Shown piece after piece: positions 18,151 to 21,572 of a stretch of 21,572 nucleotides of DNA. The translations under genes were made by a program, and so were the position numbers. Source of the stretch: Candidatus Krumholzibacteriia bacterium (lineage in GTDB: Bacteria > Krumholzibacteriota > Krumholzibacteriia > WVZY01); assembly GCA_046754105.1 (NCBI GenBank), contig JBHHVD010000054.1, forward strand, positions 1-21,572. Direction: 5' to 3'. How positions within the stretch are numbered: the first letter of the stretch is position 1; every line of letters starts with the position of its first letter. The notes below the pieces were generated by a model. That model saw only the letters and a list, made by a program, of their open reading frames with translations, made no database searches and was not told the origin of the DNA.

Positions 18151-19253
18151 GCGGCATCGTGCCCCGGGGTGCGTGCGACGAGGCGCTCGAACAGCTCTCT
18201 TACGGCCGCCATGTTATCGAACCAGTCCGCACGCCGTTCGATGACCGACGCGTTCAGTTCGCGGGCGGCCGCGCGCAGTCCCGTGTCCGACCACGCCTCG
18301 GCGACGGCGCTCTCGAGGGCTACCGCGTCTCCGACCGGGACCAGCAATCCGTTGCGGCCGGGATCGATCCACTCACGGTTGGCGGGGATGTCGCTGACGA
18401 CCGGCAGCAGCCCGCATGCCATCGCCTCGAGCAGGGACACCGACGTGGTGTCGGAGACCGCCATCGACACGTACAGGTCGTGCTTGCGCAGGAGGCCGGG
18501 CATCTCGGTGTGGGGCAGGTTTCCGATGAACTCAATGGACTCCGGATGCGGCGAAGCTCCGGCCTGCGCCCGCAGCCGCGCCGCTTGCGAGCCCTCGCCC
18601 GCCACGGTCATGCGAGCCGCTTCGAAGCGGTCCCGGATACGCTCGAACGCGGACACGACTGTGGAGACGTCGTATACAGCCTCCAGCTTGCGATTGCTCA
18701 AGATGCGAGGGCCGTCGCCCTCCTCTCGAGCGGGGCCCGGGTGAAACAGGCTGCGGTCCACGCCGTAGGGAAAAGTAACGATGCGTCCGGGGTCGGCGCC
18801 CAGCTCGACGAGCCGCCTGCTCATGACCTCCGCATCGGAGGTAACAAACGTCGCACTTTGAATAACGCGCCGGGTGCGCAGCAGATGAAAAGCACTCCGC
18901 TCGGGGAGCAACATGATATCGCTGCCCCAGGTGCTCAGCACCCAGGGCGAAAACCCGGCCAGCGCGGCGATAACGCCGTAGTTGGGTAGAAAGTGTGCGT
19001 TGACGAGATGGGGCGCAAAATCTCGAACGAGTCGGCGCACGGCGGGCACGGCCAATGGATAGCGAAGAAAAGAGGGCAAGAGCGCCGGTACACGAATCCG
19101 GTGCCTGGCACCCGGCATCCGGTCGTCGGCCTCGAGACTGGCGGTCAAGACGCGATAGCCGGCCGCGGTCAGATAGCCTGCCCAGCGGGCCAGGTGAACC
19201 TGGCCCGCATCGCCGAGAAGAAGGATGCGTATTCGCGGCTCACCGTGATTCAT
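18147..19253 (-). CDS. Glycosyltransferase family 4 (GT-B) protein
   Basis: NAHF, WGSD, P.GVD, and SD.TSVSLLEAMACG.LPVVSDIP..REWI..G.NGLLVP GT4 signature. Confidence 0.9.
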   Translation of the reverse strand: MNHGEPRIRILLLGDAGQVHLARWAGYLTAAGYRVLTASLEADDRMPGARHRIRVPALLPSFLRYPLAVPAVRRLVRDFAPHLVNAHFLPNYGVIAALAGFSPWVLSTWGSDIMLLPERSAFHLLRTRRVIQSATFVTSDAEVMSRRLVELGADPGRIVTFPYGVDRSLFHPGPAREEGDGPRILSNRKLEAVYDVSTVVSAFERIRDRFEAARMTVAGEGSQAARLRAQAGASPHPESIEFIGNLPHTEMPGLLRKHDLYVSMAVSDTTSVSLLEAMACGLLPVVSDIPANREWIDPGRNGLLVPVGDAVALESAVAEAWSDTGLRAAARELNASVIERRADWFDNMAAVRELFERLVARTPGHDAA

Positions 19254-19259
19254 GCGCCG

Positions 19260-19288
19260 ATCTTAGGGACTCCCACAACGTGTGTCAA
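19260..19288 (-). promoter_or_regulatory. sigma70 promoter giving a predicted leaderless GT4 transcript
   Basis: Minus strand TTGACA (19288-19283), 17 bp, TAAGAT (19265-19260); predicted +1 coincides with the A of ATG at 19253. Confidence 0.7.
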
Positions 19289-19326
19289 AGAAAGCTTCTG
19301 CGACGCCTCGCGCGACAAAAGCCCGG

Positions 19327-19355
19327 TTGACAGCCGTGTTTGGCGGCGTTACTGT
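19327..19355 (+). promoter_or_regulatory. sigma70 promoter for the lipoprotein-tadA-tRNA unit
   Basis: TTGACA (19327-19332), 17 bp, TACTGT (19350-19355). Confidence 0.65.
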
Positions 19356-19383
19356 CTACATCGAACACAGAGGAGAGTGTTGT

Positions 19384-20070
19384 ATGAAGAAATACATGAT
19401 GCTGGCGATCTTTCCGTTGCTGATCGCCGGTTGTGGCAAGAAACATCCCGTCAAGGTATTCGTCGACCCCTCGATTAAAGAGGGTTCGATCGAGAAGATC
19501 GCCGTTTTTCCTTTCGCCAGTTCGCTCAATCACACGGACGATCCCGATGATGTGGCGCCCCGAACCATGGATTTGCTGTTCCGCGGTGAACTCGACAATC
19601 GCAGTGACTACAAGTTCATGTCGCCGTCGTCGGTTGCATACGCGCTGCAGGGCGAGGGTCTCGGGGACGAAGCCGATCGCTTCGTGGAACGATGGAGGAA
19701 ACACGCGCAGGTCGACTCGGATTTCCTGGTCAAGCTTTCGAAGGCGCTGCGTGTGGAGGCCGTGATGATCGGTGTGGTGGATCTCTGGCAGAGGGATGAA
19801 GCGGATTACCGCGAGAACACGACGCCGACGACCTACGTCGGCGCGACGGTGACCATACTCAGCACCCGTGATGGTGCGATACTCTTCCAGGCCAGCGACG
19901 AGGATTATCTCGAAGGCGCGCGCACCGAGACGACCGACCGCAGCGTGAGCCGGACCGCCGCGGGCAGCGTTCGCCGGGACCCCGGTGCAAAGGTGTACAG
20001 GGCGCCGGAGCCGAAGGAAGTGGCGATACGCGTCGCCAAGGCGCTGGCGTCTAGCCTGCCGGTCCGCTGA
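19384..20070 (+). CDS. Putative lipoprotein (possibly LpoB/PelC/DUF799-like alpha-beta fold)
   Basis: MKKYMMLAIFPLLIAG-C lipobox; AGGAG SD; KIAVFPF and L.VEAVMIGVV patterns reminiscent of CsgG/LpoB/DUF799-type proteins. Confidence 0.7.
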   Translation: MKKYMMLAIFPLLIAGCGKKHPVKVFVDPSIKEGSIEKIAVFPFASSLNHTDDPDDVAPRTMDLLFRGELDNRSDYKFMSPSSVAYALQGEGLGDEADRFVERWRKHAQVDSDFLVKLSKALRVEAVMIGVVDLWQRDEADYRENTTPTTYVGATVTILSTRDGAILFQASDEDYLEGARTETTDRSVSRTAAGSVRRDPGAKVYRAPEPKEVAIRVAKALASSLPVR

Positions 20071-20082
20071 AGAGTGGTCCCG

Positions 20083-20547
20083 ATGCCCGGCGACCTGCGG
20101 TGGATGGAACAAGCGCTCGCAGAAGCGAGGGAGGCCTTTGCCGACGGTGAAGTGCCCGTCGGCGCGGTGGTCGTTCACAACGGCGAGGTGGTTGGACGTG
20201 GGCGCAACCGTGTCGAGAAAAGCGGATACCCGTTCGAGCACGCGGAAGTCGTGGCAATGTGGGACGCCGTTGCGAGCCACGACCGGTGGGTACTGTCCGA
20301 GTCTTCGCTCTACGTTACCGTCGAGCCCTGCGTAATGTGCGTTGGCGCGCTGCTGCTGGCCCGGGTACCGCGTGTCGTTTTCGGCGTGCGTGAGCCGAAA
20401 ACCGGCGCGTGTGAGAGCGTGCTGTCGATACCGAACGAGCCGCGGTTGCAACACCGAATGGCGGTCATTGGCGGCGTCGAGGAAGAACGTTGCCGGGCAC
20501 TCCTCCAGGAATTCTTCAAGGGGCAGCGCGAAAAGCCGAAGCGGTGA
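20083..20547 (+). CDS. tadA: tRNA adenosine(34) deaminase TadA-like zinc deaminase
   Basis: WM..AL.EA, GEVPVGAVVV, HAE, LYVT.EPCVMC.GA, RVVFG...PKTGA, L..FF..R. Alternative start GTG 20074. Confidence 0.85.
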   Translation: MPGDLRWMEQALAEAREAFADGEVPVGAVVVHNGEVVGRGRNRVEKSGYPFEHAEVVAMWDAVASHDRWVLSESSLYVTVEPCVMCVGALLLARVPRVVFGVREPKTGACESVLSIPNEPRLQHRMAVIGGVEEERCRALLQEFFKGQREKPKR

Positions 20548-20595
20548 GGCGCGCCGGCCCCGGTTCGGACGGCCGGATTTCGAACCCGTTTCAGC

Positions 20596-20686
20596 GGAGA
20601 GATGCGAGAGCTGGCTTAATCGGCACGACTGGAAATCGTGTGAGCGCGAAAGCGTTCCGAGGGTTCGAATCCCTCTCTCTCCGCCA
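20596..20686 (+). tRNA. tRNA-Ser (anticodon GGA)
   Basis: Acceptor stem GGAGAGA/TCTCTCC, discriminator G and encoded CCA; anticodon arm CACGA-CTGGAAA-TCGTG; long variable arm GAGCGC-GAAA-GCGTTC; T arm GAGGG-TTCGAAT-CCCTC. Confidence 0.97.
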
Positions 20687-20880
20687 TTCCCGCCATGCGC
20701 GCGCGGGGCCGGCACCACCCCGGGTGACTCTATAGCCCTTGCTGTTTGTGCGGCGCGTGCTTCGACGACCCTGTTCCAGGCCTGGACAAGCCGAGGTCTC
20801 CGATTCTCTCCACCCTGGAATCGGCGTGCGCCCCATACCGGCGCGCAGGAAGCGCCTTCCACTCCGGGAGGGGAACTCGT

Positions 20881-20949
20881 TGTAATTCCATAACTTATTG
20901 TTAATTATTTAGTTGGTTGTTGATTCGTCGTCCGGCCGCGTGGTATAAT
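20881..20949 (+). promoter_or_regulatory. Strong sigma70 promoter with extended -10 and AT-rich upstream element
   Basis: TTGATT (20920-20925), 18 bp, TG-n-TATAAT (20941-20949); AT-rich tract 20881-20919 in a GC-rich context. Confidence 0.7.
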
Positions 20950-21082
20950 GGTCGCCACCAAAGGGCACCTTTCTTCCTTGCTCCATGTATTGCGCTCCCA
21001 AGTGGAGCGAGCCAGCAAAGGACCTCCGATCACTCGGGGAGGTAGATGGCAACTAACATAATCGTGTGGAGGTATCTCGGCT

Positions 21083-21559
21083 ATGAGGGTAATTCGTCCG
21101 ACCCTATGCTTTGCGGTACTCCTGTCCGTGCTGCTCGCTACGCCGTACACGGCTCACGCTGACAGTGTCGTGCTCAACCATTTCGGGTTCGTTTACGAAA
21201 CGGGTGGTTTTCCGACCAGCATTCCAGGGGACACTCTCACCGGACTTGGCGTGGTCACCTTCGCCAATCCTTCGATAAGTTGTGATTTTGCTACCAGCGA
21301 ACTAACCTGGATTATCCGCGACCTCGTCTCGGAAGGGGAGACCTCGCCGGACGGCGGCCGTACCCTGATCACCAGCTACACGGGGGGGACCATCGGTCTT
21401 CACTGTGATCCGGCGCTGAATCATGATTGGGGAATCAACCCGCCGAACGCGTCAGCCCCGTCGTCTTTTGAAGACGGCGACCCGGTTCTGATCGGTGCGT
21501 TCTCGCAGTTCACCCTGCTGATGTTATATCCGGCATGCCAACGGCTGATGATATTATAA
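21083..21559 (+). CDS. Secreted hypothetical protein, possibly truncated at the 3' end
   Basis: GGAGGT SD 9 nt upstream; Sec signal ending AHA-D; Gly/Ser/Thr-rich, beta-like mature part. The last ~45 nt of the window look compositionally different. Confidence 0.65.
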   Translation: MRVIRPTLCFAVLLSVLLATPYTAHADSVVLNHFGFVYETGGFPTSIPGDTLTGLGVVTFANPSISCDFATSELTWIIRDLVSEGETSPDGGRTLITSYTGGTIGLHCDPALNHDWGINPPNASAPSSFEDGDPVLIGAFSQFTLLMLYPACQRLMIL

Positions 21560-21572
21560 ATGTCCATAGTCC

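Noticed and set aside
19285..20862. 525 aa minus-strand ORF and 183 aa plus-strand ORF spanning the tRNA
   Set aside because: They overlap the lipoprotein, tadA and a well-formed tRNA; Arg/Pro-rich non-coding-frame composition.
20690..20880. SRP RNA (ffs), often found after tadA-tRNA-Ser
   Set aside because: The conserved helix-8 pattern (CAGG..CGGAAGGAAGCAG) is absent; only AGGAAGC matches.
20955..21050. c-di-GMP-I riboswitch suggested by GCAAAG...CCTCCG...GGTAG
   Set aside because: No GGCAAA/GAAA-tetraloop P2 stem or tetraloop receptor; resemblance is only partial.
21046..21162. Upstream overlapping ORF MATNIIVW... after GGAGGT
   Set aside because: SD-ATG spacing is only 2 nt and it overlaps the main gene out of frame.

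Overview
High-GC bacterial window. Left: a Moco biosynthesis cluster (partial TauE/SafE permease, moeA, moaD, moaE) and a short threonine/serine dehydratase. Centre (about 3170-15352): a complete nitrate-respiration operon behind a perfect FNR/DNR-type box and a second palindromic operator, in the order rrf2 - membrane-anchored di-heme cytochrome c - narG - narH - narJ - narI - narK1 - narK2 - hemerythrin-domain gene. From recalled sequences, the molybdoenzyme looks like the Nitrobacter NxrAB/Thermus-like cytoplasmic NAR/NXR clade rather than the enteric type. NarK1 carries an unusual periplasmic insertion of about 90 aa resembling a barrel-sandwich hybrid domain. Right: a short LeuA-family synthase, a DUF1684 protein, a 7Fe-type ferredoxin with a SoxR/MerR-like box upstream, an apparently leaderless GT4 glycosyltransferase, a lipoprotein, a divergent tadA, tRNA-Ser(GGA), and a secreted hypothetical protein with a strong promoter and structured leader that ends abruptly at the window edge. 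Family assignments rest on motif recognition only; no database search was run.
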